Of a stretch of 64,000 bases of DNA, positions 25,871-35,701 are shown one piece after another. The stretch is from an uncultured Lachnoclostridium sp. (lineage in GTDB: Bacteria; Bacillota; Clostridia; Lachnospirales; Lachnospiraceae). A model generated the notes under the pieces. That model did not search any database. It worked only from the letters and a program-made list of their open reading frames with translations, and was not told where the DNA came from. Location of the stretch: contig CALWDO010000010.1 of the NCBI GenBank assembly GCA_944376715.1, positions 34 to 64,033 of the forward strand, given 5' to 3'. How positions within the stretch are numbered: position 1 is the stretch's first letter; every line of letters starts with the position of its first letter. The translations under genes were made by a program, and so were the position numbers.

Positions 25871-27360
25871 AGCATCTTCACTTTTTGAATACGGTGGGGA
25901 AAAAGTATACTACCGGATATGTCATTATGGGTTTTTTTGTGCTGGTATTTTTGACTATCAGCGCATTTGAAAGTTTTTATGTGTCTGACAATTATTCCAG
26001 GGCGACTTCCGAGCTGGTGAACGTGAACAAACTGGAAAGTTCGGTCAATTCGCTGAATGAGACGGTAAATATGGCTTACCTGTATCTGTCTTCCGAAGGT
26101 ATAGAAGCGTATGATGGGGCAAAAGATATTGTGGAGAAAGATTTGGGGGTTATTCGGCTTCAACTGGAAGAGGAATACATACGGGAGCTGGCAGACACAG
26201 AAAACACCGTGGAGACCTATCTGGAACAGAGCAGCCTGCTCATAGGGAATCTGCAGAAATATCTGGACAGCGACCGGAAGGATACGGCTGCTTATGTGGC
26301 GCTGGAAAGTAATTACGCGAATGTCCAGGCAACGTATAACTATGTGAATCAGATGTTTCAGGAAGCATATACTGCCAAGCTGGCGGATTTCAGCGAGTTA
26401 GAGGCTGAATTGAAAATACTTCACAGGCGTATGTATGTTTTTCAGGCGGTATTGATTCTGGCGATGGTGATATTCTGCACGGTATACCTGTATAAAGTCA
26501 TACGGGAAGTATCTGCGTCAATCCGCAAAATGAAAAAAGGCGTGGAGTCTATCAGGGGGAATGTATTTCTGGCAGAGCCGATTAAAGTGGAGAGCAACGA
26601 TGAGTTCGAAGAATTCGCAGAAGCCTTTAATGGGATGATCAAGCTGATCCAGGCGCAGATGAATAAGATAAAAGAAAATGCCGATGTCAAAGAACGGCTT
26701 GCGGAGCTGGAAATCGAGAACCTGCGCATCTACAGTGAACTGCAGAAAAGCCATCTTAATTTTCTTCAATCCAGAATTAATCCGCATTTTCTTTTCAACA
26801 CGCTGAATATGATCTCGTCTCTGGCGCGGATTGAAAATGCGGATAAGTGCGCGGATTTAATGGAGATTACAGCGTCTTTCCTGAGGTATAATCTGGATAA
26901 TATATCAAAAACAGTGACATTGGAGAAAGAAATCGAAAATCTGAAAGATTATGTGGCAATTCAGGAATACAGATACGACGGAAGATATCAGTATTCTTTT
27001 GATATCAGCCAGGAATGTCTGGGATTTCAGATGCCCTGTATGGTGCTGCAGCCGCTGGTGGAGAATTCGATTCAGCATGGAATCGCCATGATGCTGGAGG
27101 GCGGCCATGTGTGGATCCGCGCGTATGGGCAGGAGGGAGATATCTGCCTGGAAGTCAGCGATAACGGCGTCGGGATGACAGAGGCGCGTATTCAGGAGAT
27201 ATATGAGGATTTTGAAAAGAATAATCCGTCGACTACCCATATCGGTCTTCGGAATATTTACCGAAGGTTGAAGCTGTTTTATTCAGGAAGGGTGAAATTT
27301 CAGATAGAAAATCTGCATCCGGGGCTGGAGATCATGATTCGGATCTATCATGAGGGATAA
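25867..27360 (+). CDS. Sensor histidine kinase (YesM/LytS type)
   Basis: Two TMs, HAMP, LQSRINPHFLFNTLN, LQPLVENSIQHG, DNGVGM, HIGLRNI. Confidence 0.93.
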   Translation: MKHLHFLNTVGKKYTTGYVIMGFFVLVFLTISAFESFYVSDNYSRATSELVNVNKLESSVNSLNETVNMAYLYLSSEGIEAYDGAKDIVEKDLGVIRLQLEEEYIRELADTENTVETYLEQSSLLIGNLQKYLDSDRKDTAAYVALESNYANVQATYNYVNQMFQEAYTAKLADFSELEAELKILHRRMYVFQAVLILAMVIFCTVYLYKVIREVSASIRKMKKGVESIRGNVFLAEPIKVESNDEFEEFAEAFNGMIKLIQAQMNKIKENADVKERLAELEIENLRIYSELQKSHLNFLQSRINPHFLFNTLNMISSLARIENADKCADLMEITASFLRYNLDNISKTVTLEKEIENLKDYVAIQEYRYDGRYQYSFDISQECLGFQMPCMVLQPLVENSIQHGIAMMLEGGHVWIRAYGQEGDICLEVSDNGVGMTEARIQEIYEDFEKNNPSTTHIGLRNIYRRLKLFYSGRVKFQIENLHPGLEIMIRIYHEG

Positions 27361-27365
27361 GAGGT

Positions 27366-28598
27366 ATGAGTTATACAATGGTAATTGCCGACGATGAACC
27401 AATCGTACTGAAGAGTCAGGAATTGTTTATCCAGAAAGAATTTCCGGAAATTGACATCGTGGGAATGGCAAAAAATGGAATTGAATTAAAAGAAATGCTG
27501 GAAGCCTACAGGCCGGATCTGGCTATTGTGGATATCCGTATGCCGGGACTGTCGGGAATAGAAGTCATGGAACTTTTAAAAGACAAGAATCTGGGAACAC
27601 ATTTCATCATTAATACTGCTTACAGTGATTTTGAGTATGTGAAGAAAGCGTTGGATCTGCGGACCGACGGATATATATTGAAACCGGGAAAGCGCCAGGA
27701 GAAGATTGATACAATAGGAAGGCTTCTGCGAACGGTAAAGGAGGAACGGGAAGAAAGCGTTAAAAAGCAATATCTGGACGCGGCGCTGGATGTGGTGAAC
27801 CCGGTGTTTGGCAGTGAGATCCTTTTGTCCATTTTCTCGGAAAAATGTGACGAAGAAAATTTTCAGGCGTATCTGAAGGTAAATTCCATCCGGTTCTCCG
27901 CCGGCTGTATTCTGACGTTCCTTTCAAAAAAGGATATCAGCCGCAGAAAGATTAACCAGGAAGTAGGCAGTCTGCTGGATGGGATCTGTGATTTTCTTGC
28001 TACCGTGACAAAGGAAGGGACGGTTGTCATGCTGTTTGTCCCGGAGGAGCTGAGCGAAGAGCGGCAGGAAAGCTGGAGGGACGAGGTGGCGGAATTGATT
28101 GCAGGGAAAATAGACGAAGTGGCCGGAGAGAAATGTCTGTACGGAACAGGAGGAATCTACAGGTCTTTCGCGGATATGAAACTATCATACCGGGAAAGTA
28201 TAGAACAGCTTAAATCAGAGTCGTCTATGGAAGCTTTTCCGGCACCGCAGGAAGAAAACGAGGACAGGAATAAGGATTATGTGCAGAGAGCCGAGCAGTA
28301 TATCCAATCTAATTTTGCCAAGGATATTGCCCTGGCCGACTGCGCCGAACATGTGGGGATCAGTCCTTATTATCTCAGCCATATTTTTAAGGACAAAACC
28401 GGAAGAACATTTATAGAGTACCTGACAGAGATACGCATTAATTTCGCAAAAGAACTCTGCCTTGATCAGAATCTCAGTATCAAAGATATATCGGAGCGCT
28501 GCGGATATCTGAACACTACTTATTTTTATAAAGTATTTAAAAAGATGGTTGGAAGCACTATAGGAGAATATAGAAAAGAAAAACAGAAAAAGGGGTAA
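27366..28598 (+). CDS. Response regulator (YesN type, receiver + AraC HTH)
   Basis: IADDE, DIRMPGLSG, TAYSDFEY, YILKP; C-terminal AraC domain. Confidence 0.93.
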   Translation: MSYTMVIADDEPIVLKSQELFIQKEFPEIDIVGMAKNGIELKEMLEAYRPDLAIVDIRMPGLSGIEVMELLKDKNLGTHFIINTAYSDFEYVKKALDLRTDGYILKPGKRQEKIDTIGRLLRTVKEEREESVKKQYLDAALDVVNPVFGSEILLSIFSEKCDEENFQAYLKVNSIRFSAGCILTFLSKKDISRRKINQEVGSLLDGICDFLATVTKEGTVVMLFVPEELSEERQESWRDEVAELIAGKIDEVAGEKCLYGTGGIYRSFADMKLSYRESIEQLKSESSMEAFPAPQEENEDRNKDYVQRAEQYIQSNFAKDIALADCAEHVGISPYYLSHIFKDKTGRTFIEYLTEIRINFAKELCLDQNLSIKDISERCGYLNTTYFYKVFKKMVGSTIGEYRKEKQKKG

Positions 28599-28603
28599 GA
28601 ATT

Positions 28604-29497
28604 ATGTCGGCTACAAGTGAGAAAATGAATCGGGAATGGAAGGTAAACGACGCGAAACGGGACGCAGGGCTTACTACGCCGGAAGATATCGTTCGCTATG
28701 ACGATCTTCTGTACGGTCCGGACGAAAAAATCAACAGGCTGGATGTATACCGCCCAAAGGCGGCAGAGGGAAAGACGATACCGGTGATTGTAAGCATCCA
28801 CGGCGGCGGCTGGGTGTATGGAGATAAAGAACTTTATCAGTTTTACTGCATGTCTCTGGCCCAGAGAGGTTTCGCGGTGGTGAATTTTACATATCGTCTG
28901 GCGCCTGCGCATAAGTTCCCGGCCCAGTTGGAAGATACCAACATGGTGATGGAGTGGGTATTTGCCCATGCCGGGGAGTATGGCCTGGATACCGGGAACA
29001 TATTTATGGTGGGGGATTCTGCAGGAGCGCATCTTCTGGGGCTCTATACCGCCATGTGCACATCCAAAGAGTATGCGTCTAATTATGAATTTAAAGTGCC
29101 GGATGGATTTGTTCCGAAAGCCATTGGCCTGAACTGCGGAGCTTATGAAGTGCTGGGCGGGCGTCCTCATGAAGGGGATACTATGAACAGCGAACTGATC
29201 CTGGAAGATCTGCTCGCAGAGCACGGGTCAGAAAAAGAAAAGAGTCTGATCAACGTACCGGACCATGTGAATCCGGATTTCCCGCCGGTTTATCTCATGA
29301 CCTGTTACGGAGATTTCTGCATGGACCAGGCGCCGGTGCTGGAAGAAAAATTGAAAGAGAATGGAGTGAAGCATGTCTATAAGATCTATGGATCGGAGGA
29401 TGCGCCGCTCTATCATGTATTCCACCTGACGGTGCAGGAAGAGATCGGACAGAAGTGTAATGATGAGGAATGTGCTTTCTTTAGGGAGCAGATGTAA
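28604..29497 (+). CDS. Alpha/beta hydrolase (HSL-family esterase)
   Basis: HGGGW oxyanion motif, GDSAGA nucleophile, C-terminal HVF. Confidence 0.9.
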   Translation: MSATSEKMNREWKVNDAKRDAGLTTPEDIVRYDDLLYGPDEKINRLDVYRPKAAEGKTIPVIVSIHGGGWVYGDKELYQFYCMSLAQRGFAVVNFTYRLAPAHKFPAQLEDTNMVMEWVFAHAGEYGLDTGNIFMVGDSAGAHLLGLYTAMCTSKEYASNYEFKVPDGFVPKAIGLNCGAYEVLGGRPHEGDTMNSELILEDLLAEHGSEKEKSLINVPDHVNPDFPPVYLMTCYGDFCMDQAPVLEEKLKENGVKHVYKIYGSEDAPLYHVFHLTVQEEIGQKCNDEECAFFREQM

Positions 29498-29507
29498 AAA
29501 ATATCGA

Positions 29508-29544
29508 ATTCAGGGGGCGGAAGGAAATCTTCCGCCCCCTGAAT
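29508..29544. terminator. Bidirectional terminator
   Basis: 16-bp inverted repeat ATTCAGGGGGCGGAAG / CTTCCGCCCCCTGAAT between convergent genes. Confidence 0.8.
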
Positions 29545-29552
29545 ATGAAATA

Positions 29553-29852
29553 TTATCCTAATATCCTTTTCATCTCCTGGTTTGTTAAACCGGTCAGAGA
29601 GAGGATTTCCTCTTCTGATAATCCCTTGCTTTGCAATCTGGTAATAAATTTTCTGGTAACTTCATCGGTGATATTATCCGTCAATTTTGCAGTCAGATCT
29701 TTAGTCAATTCTGCAGTTAGAGTTTTAGTTAATTTTGCGGTCAGATTCTGGGTTAACTCTGCAGTCAATTTTTCGGTCAGTTCTTTTGTCAATTTCTTTG
29801 TCAGTTGTTGTTCTACAATGTCTACATCCAGAATTAATGCTTCTTCTGCCAT
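29553..29852 (-). CDS. Putative RpnS-like small protein (99 aa) with 4-aa repeats
   Basis: AAGGCAGGTG RBS-like element before an in-frame ATG (MAEEALILDVD), LTxx repeats, HTH-like tail GLSEEEILSLTGL. Confidence 0.5.
   Translation of the reverse strand: MAEEALILDVDIVEQQLTKKLTKELTEKLTAELTQNLTAKLTKTLTAELTKDLTAKLTDNITDEVTRKFITRLQSKGLSEEEILSLTGLTNQEMKRILG
29649..29804 (-). repeat. 13 degenerate 12-bp tandem repeats encoding (L/I/V)Txx
   Basis: LTKK LTKE LTEK LTAE LTQN LTAK LTKT LTAE LTKD LTAK LTDN ITDE VTRK. Confidence 0.85.
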
Positions 29853-30494
29853 CTGATTCACACCTGCCTTTTCTAATTCGTCATATTTTTCATAGATATG
29901 GCGATAGAGCTGTAAAGTGATCCGCTGCAGTTTCTGCCCTTCGATTGCTGTGATATTGCCTGCAGCCATGTTTCCTTTGATGGTTCCAATTATATCATGT
30001 TGGATTAAGTACTTCAACTGTTCCAGGTTTTCCGGCGTTCGTTCTTTTTCGATAGCCTTTCGAAGCCGCAGAAGCTGAAATGGGATCAGGACGATCAGTT
30101 TTCTCCGGTTCAGCTCGTCAAGGTTCATTTTCAGATATGAAAATGTAGGGACACGGTATACAAATTGTCCCTGCTCTCCAAAATAGATGGTCAGTTCGTG
30201 ATATTCAGGAGCATTTCCGTCTTCATATGGTAATGATTGTGTCTGCCAGCGTCCGGTTTAGGTCCCGGTCTTCGTGTTCTGTCCAGTGATAAGTGACTGT
30301 GCTGTCCGGTGGATAGTCTTTGTCGTACAACCCGTTGATGAGCAGAATTGTACTTTTTTGGGACAGCGAGAGACAACGTTTACAGGCACGGTCGTAGATG
30401 TCGTGAATATTTCTCAAGCTTTCTCCTCCTGCTTTTTGTGTTATATGAAAATGTAAAAAGGGATTGTGGGATGAATGTTTCCCGGGATGGGTGT

Positions 30495-30544
30495 ATTATA
30501 CGGCATCAGGGAACAGATTTCAAGGAGTAATCTGTTCCCTGATG
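30495..30544 (-). promoter_or_regulatory. metG terminator hairpin overlapping a sigmaA promoter for the Rpn-like remnant
   Basis: 16-bp IR CATCAGGGAACAGATT / AATCTGTTCCCTGATG (30504-30544); minus-strand TTGAAA(30523-30518)-17-TATAAT(30500-30495). Confidence 0.6.
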
Positions 30545-30573
30545 GTATTTTATATGAGTCTGATGATAATTAA

Positions 30574-32526
30574 TTAAGAAATCTCTGCGCCTGCCGGCAT
30601 CTCTTTTTCCGGCGTTACCAGAGAAAGGTTTCCGTTCTCATCCTCCGCGCACAGCAGCATGCCTTCGGACATGAGACCGCGGATCTTTCTGGGCTCCAGA
30701 TTCACCAGTACCATTACTTTTTTGCCTACCATTTCTTCCGGTGAGTAGGTGCTGCGGATTCCGGAGACGATCTGGCGTACCTGGCTTCCGATCTTCACCT
30801 GAGAGCAGAGCAGTTTGTCTGCTTTCGGGACTGCTTCACAGGAGACGATCTCGCCTACCTGGAACTGCAATTTTGCGAAATCGTCGTAAGAAACATTTTC
30901 CTTGGCTTCAATGTCGATGACGGGTTCTTTCGGCGTTTTTGCCGCTTCTTCTGCCGCTTTGCGCGCTTCTACTTTTTCCAGCACTTCCTTGATATCCATT
31001 CTTGCGAACAGGATCTCCGGTTTATCGGTCACTTTGGTGCCGGACTGATAAAGACCGAAACGATCCATCTGGTCAATTGTACGCGGCTTAGCGTTCAGCT
31101 GGTTCAGGATCCGGCGGGAAGTGGACGGCATGAATGACTCCAGAAGAGTCGCTCCGTAGCTGATGCTTTCTACCAGATTATAGAGAACTTCTGCAAGACG
31201 GTCTTTCTTTGCCTCGTCTTTGGCCAGCGCCCAGGGCATGGTTTCATCAATGTATTTGTTGCAGCGTTTAAACAGCGCGAAGATCTCGGTAAGTGCATCT
31301 GCCACACGCAGCTGGTCCATTTTGTCCGTGACTTTCGTCAGAGTGTTCAGCACTGTCTTTTTCAGATCTTCATCTACTTCTTCTGTGACGCCGGTCTGTG
31401 TGACGACTCCGTCAAAATATTTATTGGACATGGAAATGGTACGGTTTACCAGATTGCCCAGGGTGTTTGCCAGTTCGGAATTCAACCGTTCCACCATCAG
31501 CTCCCAGGTGATAACTCCGTCGTTCTCAAATGGCATCTCGTGCAGCACGAAATAGCGGACAGCATCCACGCCGAAGAAGTCCGCCAGTTCGTCTGCATAG
31601 AGGACATTTCCTTTGGATTTGCTCATCTTTCCGTCGCCCTGCAGGAGCCACGGGTGACCGAATACCTGTTTCGGAAGAGGAAGATCCAGAGCCATCAGGA
31701 AGATCGGCCAGTAAATCGTGTGGAAACGGATGATATCTTTTCCGATCAGGTGCAGATCGGCAGGCCAGTTCTTTTTGAACAGTTCGCTGCTCTCTCCGCC
31801 GCAGTTATAACCGATGCCCGTGATATAGTTGGTCAGCGCGTCCAGCCATACATAGATCACGTGTTTGGGATCGAAAGTAACCGGGATACCCCAGGTGAAA
31901 GAGGTCCTGGATACGCAAAGATCCTGCAGACCGGGCAGCAGGAAATTGTTCATCATTTCGTTTTTCCTGGAGACCGGCTGGATGAATTCCGGATGAGTAT
32001 TGATATAATCGATCAGCCGGTCCGCATATTTGCTCATGCGGAAGAAATAAGCTTCTTCTTTGGCCGGCTGAACTTCCCGTCCGCAGTCCGGACATTTACC
32101 GTCTACCAGCTGAGATTCTGTGAAAAAGGATTCACAGGGAGTGCAGTACATGCCTTCATAATATCCTTTATAAATATCTCCTTTGTCGTAGAGATATTTG
32201 AAAATCTTCTGTACCTGCGCTTCATGGTCCGGATCGGTGGTGCGGATGAATTTGTCGTAGGAAGTGTCCATCAGATCCCAGATCTCTTTGATCTGTCCGG
32301 CTACCTGATCCACATATTCTTTAGGGGTGATCCCCGCGGCTTCTGCTTTCTGTTCAATCTTCAGGCCGTGCTCATCGGTGCCGGTCTGAAAAAAGACATC
32401 ATAACCTTCAAAGCGTTTATAGCGCGCGATGCTGTCTGCCAGGACGATCTCATAGGTATTGCCGATGTGAGGTTTCCCGGAAGTATAGGCGATCGCAGTG
32501 GTCATATAAAATTTCTTTTTTTCCAT
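30574..32526 (-). CDS. metG: Methionine--tRNA ligase with C-terminal tRNA-binding domain
   Basis: PHIGN, GTDEHG, Zn knuckle CxxC...CxxC, YVWLDAL, GKDIIRFH, KMSKS, Trbp111-like tail. Confidence 0.98.
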   Translation of the reverse strand: MEKKKFYMTTAIAYTSGKPHIGNTYEIVLADSIARYKRFEGYDVFFQTGTDEHGLKIEQKAEAAGITPKEYVDQVAGQIKEIWDLMDTSYDKFIRTTDPDHEAQVQKIFKYLYDKGDIYKGYYEGMYCTPCESFFTESQLVDGKCPDCGREVQPAKEEAYFFRMSKYADRLIDYINTHPEFIQPVSRKNEMMNNFLLPGLQDLCVSRTSFTWGIPVTFDPKHVIYVWLDALTNYITGIGYNCGGESSELFKKNWPADLHLIGKDIIRFHTIYWPIFLMALDLPLPKQVFGHPWLLQGDGKMSKSKGNVLYADELADFFGVDAVRYFVLHEMPFENDGVITWELMVERLNSELANTLGNLVNRTISMSNKYFDGVVTQTGVTEEVDEDLKKTVLNTLTKVTDKMDQLRVADALTEIFALFKRCNKYIDETMPWALAKDEAKKDRLAEVLYNLVESISYGATLLESFMPSTSRRILNQLNAKPRTIDQMDRFGLYQSGTKVTDKPEILFARMDIKEVLEKVEARKAAEEAAKTPKEPVIDIEAKENVSYDDFAKLQFQVGEIVSCEAVPKADKLLCSQVKIGSQVRQIVSGIRSTYSPEEMVGKKVMVLVNLEPRKIRGLMSEGMLLCAEDENGNLSLVTPEKEMPAGAEIS

Positions 32527-32635
32527 TTGATTACCTCTGTTTCCTTATATTTCTGCGCTTAAAACCATTATTTACAGATTAGCACAGGAGGTAGGAGAAG
32601 TCAATAAATGCTAGGTGAACCAGAGGTAAGCTAAA

Positions 32636-32863
32636 TCAGCCGGAAACAGAATCCAGAAGTTCCGCCTGGCGGAGCAGAAAACGGTAGCGCATCTGTACCG
32701 CCTGCAGTTCGTAGATGGAGCAGTCGATCAGATCCGGATCGACGACATTTTCAAAGTTGGAATAGGCGCAGTCCAGCGCATATTTGGTTTTCCGGATGTC
32801 TTCCAGGAGCTGTTTCCTGCGAGGGTCGATGTTTTCTTTCTGTTCCGAACGTTTCATCTGCAT
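32636..32863 (-). CDS. YaaL family (DUF2508) protein
   Basis: A..NFE.V.DPDLID..IYEL.A...RY.FLL motif; next to bofA. Confidence 0.8.
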   Translation of the reverse strand: MQMKRSEQKENIDPRRKQLLEDIRKTKYALDCAYSNFENVVDPDLIDCSIYELQAVQMRYRFLLRQAELLDSVSG

Positions 32864-32995
32864 CTTCCTTCCTGTTCTGGCAAAAATCGGGTTACTAAAA
32901 GTATAGTCGGTGAATTCCCGATTTATACAGGGAAAGGACATATTTTTCGGATGTCCACATATATATTTTAGAAGAAAAGAGATTGGAGAAACATT

Positions 32996-33268
32996 ATGGA
33001 AAAGGAAATAGGTATGGCAGTGATTGTAGGGGCCTGCCTGGTGGTGATCTTTTTTGTTGCTGTGAAGCGTAAATTAGAATTTATCCTAAATTTTTGCCTG
33101 CGGGCAGTTATGGGAGGAATTGCTATCTGTGTTGTGAATCTGGTGCTGGAATCTATGGGGATATCCTGCGCTGTAGGTATTAATCTGTGTACTTTGTGCA
33201 CCTCAGGGATATTAGGATTCAGTGGAGTTTCTCTGCTCTATGCAGTTGCGGCATTTCAGGTTCTTTAG
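32996..33268 (+). CDS. bofA: Pro-sigmaK processing inhibitor BofA family
   Basis: Small multi-TM protein, LR.V.G...I..VN, VGIN..T...SGILG..GV; weak sigmaE-like promoter at 32938-32967. Confidence 0.82.
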   Translation: MEKEIGMAVIVGACLVVIFFVAVKRKLEFILNFCLRAVMGGIAICVVNLVLESMGISCAVGINLCTLCTSGILGFSGVSLLYAVAAFQVL

Positions 33269-33496
33269 AAAGATATTTTTTGAGGCGGACGCTGTCCGTC
33301 TTTTTTTATGCCTATAAAACTTGGGGTGATCTGAGAAAAAGTGAAATTTATTGGTTATTATCAACAATTCATTTCAAATATTTTCAGCATAATGCCAATT
33401 TTTTTCATAATATATTGACAGAAAATGATAAATATGATTATCTGATATCAGAAGTTGAAAAGATGTGAAAAAATAAAAAGGAGGTATGCAAATACA

Positions 33497-34417
33497 ATGA
33501 ATTATGCAGGACGTTTCAATTCATTTATATTTAAAGGCCAGAACGTATATGATGCTATTACGGCCTACAAAGAGATGAATGGAATTACACATCTGGAATT
33601 TAACTATCCGGAACATATTGCGGGATATGATCTGGAAGAGCTGAAAGACGCTATTGCACCGTTAAAGGTTAATGGTTTGGCGGTAAGATGGAGGAAAGAC
33701 TTTCTTCATGGGGATTTCACCAATCCTGATGAAAACCTTCGCAGACGAGCAATTCAAATGTCAAAAGATGCATGTGATGTGTGCAGAGAACTTGGGGGAA
33801 GCGTGATTACACTCTGGTTCGAAAATGACGGTTTTGACTATCCGTTTGAGATAGATTATGAAAAAGATTGGGAAAAATTGATAGAAGGCTTGCAGGAAGT
33901 TGCAGATTATGCGCCGGATCTAAAAATAAGTATAGAGTACAAGCCTTTTGAGGAACGTGAATTTGCATTAGTAGATAGTGCGGGAATGACGCTTTATTTA
34001 ATTAAGGAAGTGGATCGCCCCAATGTGGGATGTACATTGGATTTTTGCCACATGTTGATGAAACATGATAATCCGTCCTATGGATTGGCATTGGCTGCGT
34101 CTAAAGGAAAACTGTTTGGTCTACATATGAATGACGGATATGGAAGAAAAGACAGCGGATTGATTTTTGGATCTGTAAACTTTGCATTGTCAGCAGAATT
34201 TATTTATTATCTTGAAAAATATAATTATGATGGTGTTGTTTTCTTTGATACGTTTCCTGTCAGAGAAGAATCAAGAGGTGAATGTCAAGCAAATGTGGAT
34301 GCGTTTGAATTAATCAAGAGTAAAGTCGACCGGGAAGGAGTGGAAAAAATCAGCAAGGTCGTATCAAAGCATGATGGACTCAGCACGAATAAGCTGATCC
34401 AGGATATGTTGAGATAA
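33497..34417 (+). CDS. Xylose-isomerase-like TIM-barrel sugar isomerase
   Basis: FTNPD...RR.AI, W...DG.DYPF, IEYKPFE, LDFCH, HMNDGYG..D.GL.FG, FDTFP; GGAGG RBS before ATG 33497. Confidence 0.85.
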   Translation: MNYAGRFNSFIFKGQNVYDAITAYKEMNGITHLEFNYPEHIAGYDLEELKDAIAPLKVNGLAVRWRKDFLHGDFTNPDENLRRRAIQMSKDACDVCRELGGSVITLWFENDGFDYPFEIDYEKDWEKLIEGLQEVADYAPDLKISIEYKPFEEREFALVDSAGMTLYLIKEVDRPNVGCTLDFCHMLMKHDNPSYGLALAASKGKLFGLHMNDGYGRKDSGLIFGSVNFALSAEFIYYLEKYNYDGVVFFDTFPVREESRGECQANVDAFELIKSKVDREGVEKISKVVSKHDGLSTNKLIQDMLR

Positions 34418-34483
34418 AATGTGTAAAACGGGAGAGGTTTTGCACAAAGAGCTAAGAACACGATAATAAAGGAGGATTTGAAA

Positions 34484-35614
34484 ATGAAAAAGAGGTTTTT
34501 AGCAACATTTTTAGCAGCGGCAATGGTACTGGGAGTTGTGGGATGTGGATCATCCAGCAGTTCCACCTCATCTGATTCTGCATCAGACAGCACAGAGCAG
34601 ACAGCTGATGTGGCGGAAGGTGAGTCCGCAGAAGAAACGGACGAGTTGGAGTTTAATCCGGATCAGGCAGAGGATGCTATGACAATTGATGAGCTCCGTG
34701 AAGCGAATGGCGCAGAAGTAACAGTAAATTCGGATTGGGAAATTGGTGTTGTTATGAAGTCCCTTTCCAATGAGTTCTGGAGAACTCTGCAGGAAGGTTA
34801 TGAGCAGGCGTCAGCAGATACGGGCCTCGCATTTAATATCCAGGCTACTACAGATGAGTCTGATGAGATCGGACAGCAGACCATGACAGAAACACTTACG
34901 AACCAGGGTGTGGATGCACTGCTTCTTAGCCCGATTTCTGACTCCAACCTGACATCGGCAGTAGAAAATGCAAATGATGCAGGTGTATTAACAGTAAATG
35001 TAAATGATGGTCTGATCGCGCAGGCACAGCATTATGTGGGACCGAATGCATATATGAATGGCCAGCTGGCTGCTGAATGGATTTCGGAGAAACTGGGCGA
35101 TGAAGGAGATGTTGCTATTGTAATCGGTATGGCAAAAGCATTTGCTGCCCGCGAGCGTACAGCCGGGTTTAAAGATTGGATCGAAGAAAATAATTCTGGT
35201 CTGAATGTCTGGGCAGAGCAGAACGCTGACTGGGATCGTACAAAGGCAAAAGATTTGGCGGCAACCTGGATTCAGCAGAATCCGGATCTGAAAGCGATCT
35301 TCTGCAATAATGATGATATGGCTTTGGGTGTTGTGGAAGCTGTCAGAGAAGCAGAGGCAGATATCCTGGTAGTAGGCGTAGACGGTATCGGCGAAGCATA
35401 TGAGTCCATTCGTAATGGTGGATTGGATGCAACAGTTGACTCTTTCCCATACTATATGGCACAGGTGGCAACAGAATGTACACTTCGTGCTCTTGGCGGC
35501 CAGGAACTCCCGAGTGCGGTAGCAACTCCGCAGGCACTGATTGATGCAGATAATGTTGACACGGATCCGGCTGAATTGATCAACTGGGTTGCTCCTACCT
35601 ACGTAACCGAATAA
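34484..35614 (+). CDS. Sugar ABC substrate-binding lipoprotein (AlsB/RbsB-like)
   Basis: Lipobox VVGC, KSLSNEFW, ADWDRTKA, CNNDDMALG, VVGVDG. Confidence 0.9.
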   Translation: MKKRFLATFLAAAMVLGVVGCGSSSSSTSSDSASDSTEQTADVAEGESAEETDELEFNPDQAEDAMTIDELREANGAEVTVNSDWEIGVVMKSLSNEFWRTLQEGYEQASADTGLAFNIQATTDESDEIGQQTMTETLTNQGVDALLLSPISDSNLTSAVENANDAGVLTVNVNDGLIAQAQHYVGPNAYMNGQLAAEWISEKLGDEGDVAIVIGMAKAFAARERTAGFKDWIEENNSGLNVWAEQNADWDRTKAKDLAATWIQQNPDLKAIFCNNDDMALGVVEAVREAEADILVVGVDGIGEAYESIRNGGLDATVDSFPYYMAQVATECTLRALGGQELPSAVATPQALIDADNVDTDPAELINWVAPTYVTE

Positions 35615-35701
35615 TTGAAACTTTTGTACAATTGACCGCATCTTCTTTCTTGGCACTGTTGGAACAGAGGATGCGGTCCTCTATAAGGGAGGTTTTCATA
35701 G

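Larger units (their letters stand above)
29553..30417 (-). pseudogene. Rpn-like / PD-(D/E)XK nuclease gene broken by an apparent frameshifting internal deletion near 30225
   Basis: N-fragment (TTG 30417, strong AGGAGG RBS) IYDRACK...LINGLY...LADTIITI* ends at 30223; another frame continues YEDGNAPEYHELTIYFG...LIPFQLLRLRK; no ExQ/ExK segment between them. Confidence 0.65.

Noticed and set aside
29649-29804. 12-bp repeats as a CRISPR array or DGR template
   Set aside because: Degenerate in-frame coding repeats without spacers; no cas or reverse transcriptase genes in the window
32527-32635. T-box or SAM riboswitch upstream of metG
   Set aside because: Only about 110 nt, with a promoter-like element and no T-box consensus (AAnnnGGGTGGnACC) or terminator
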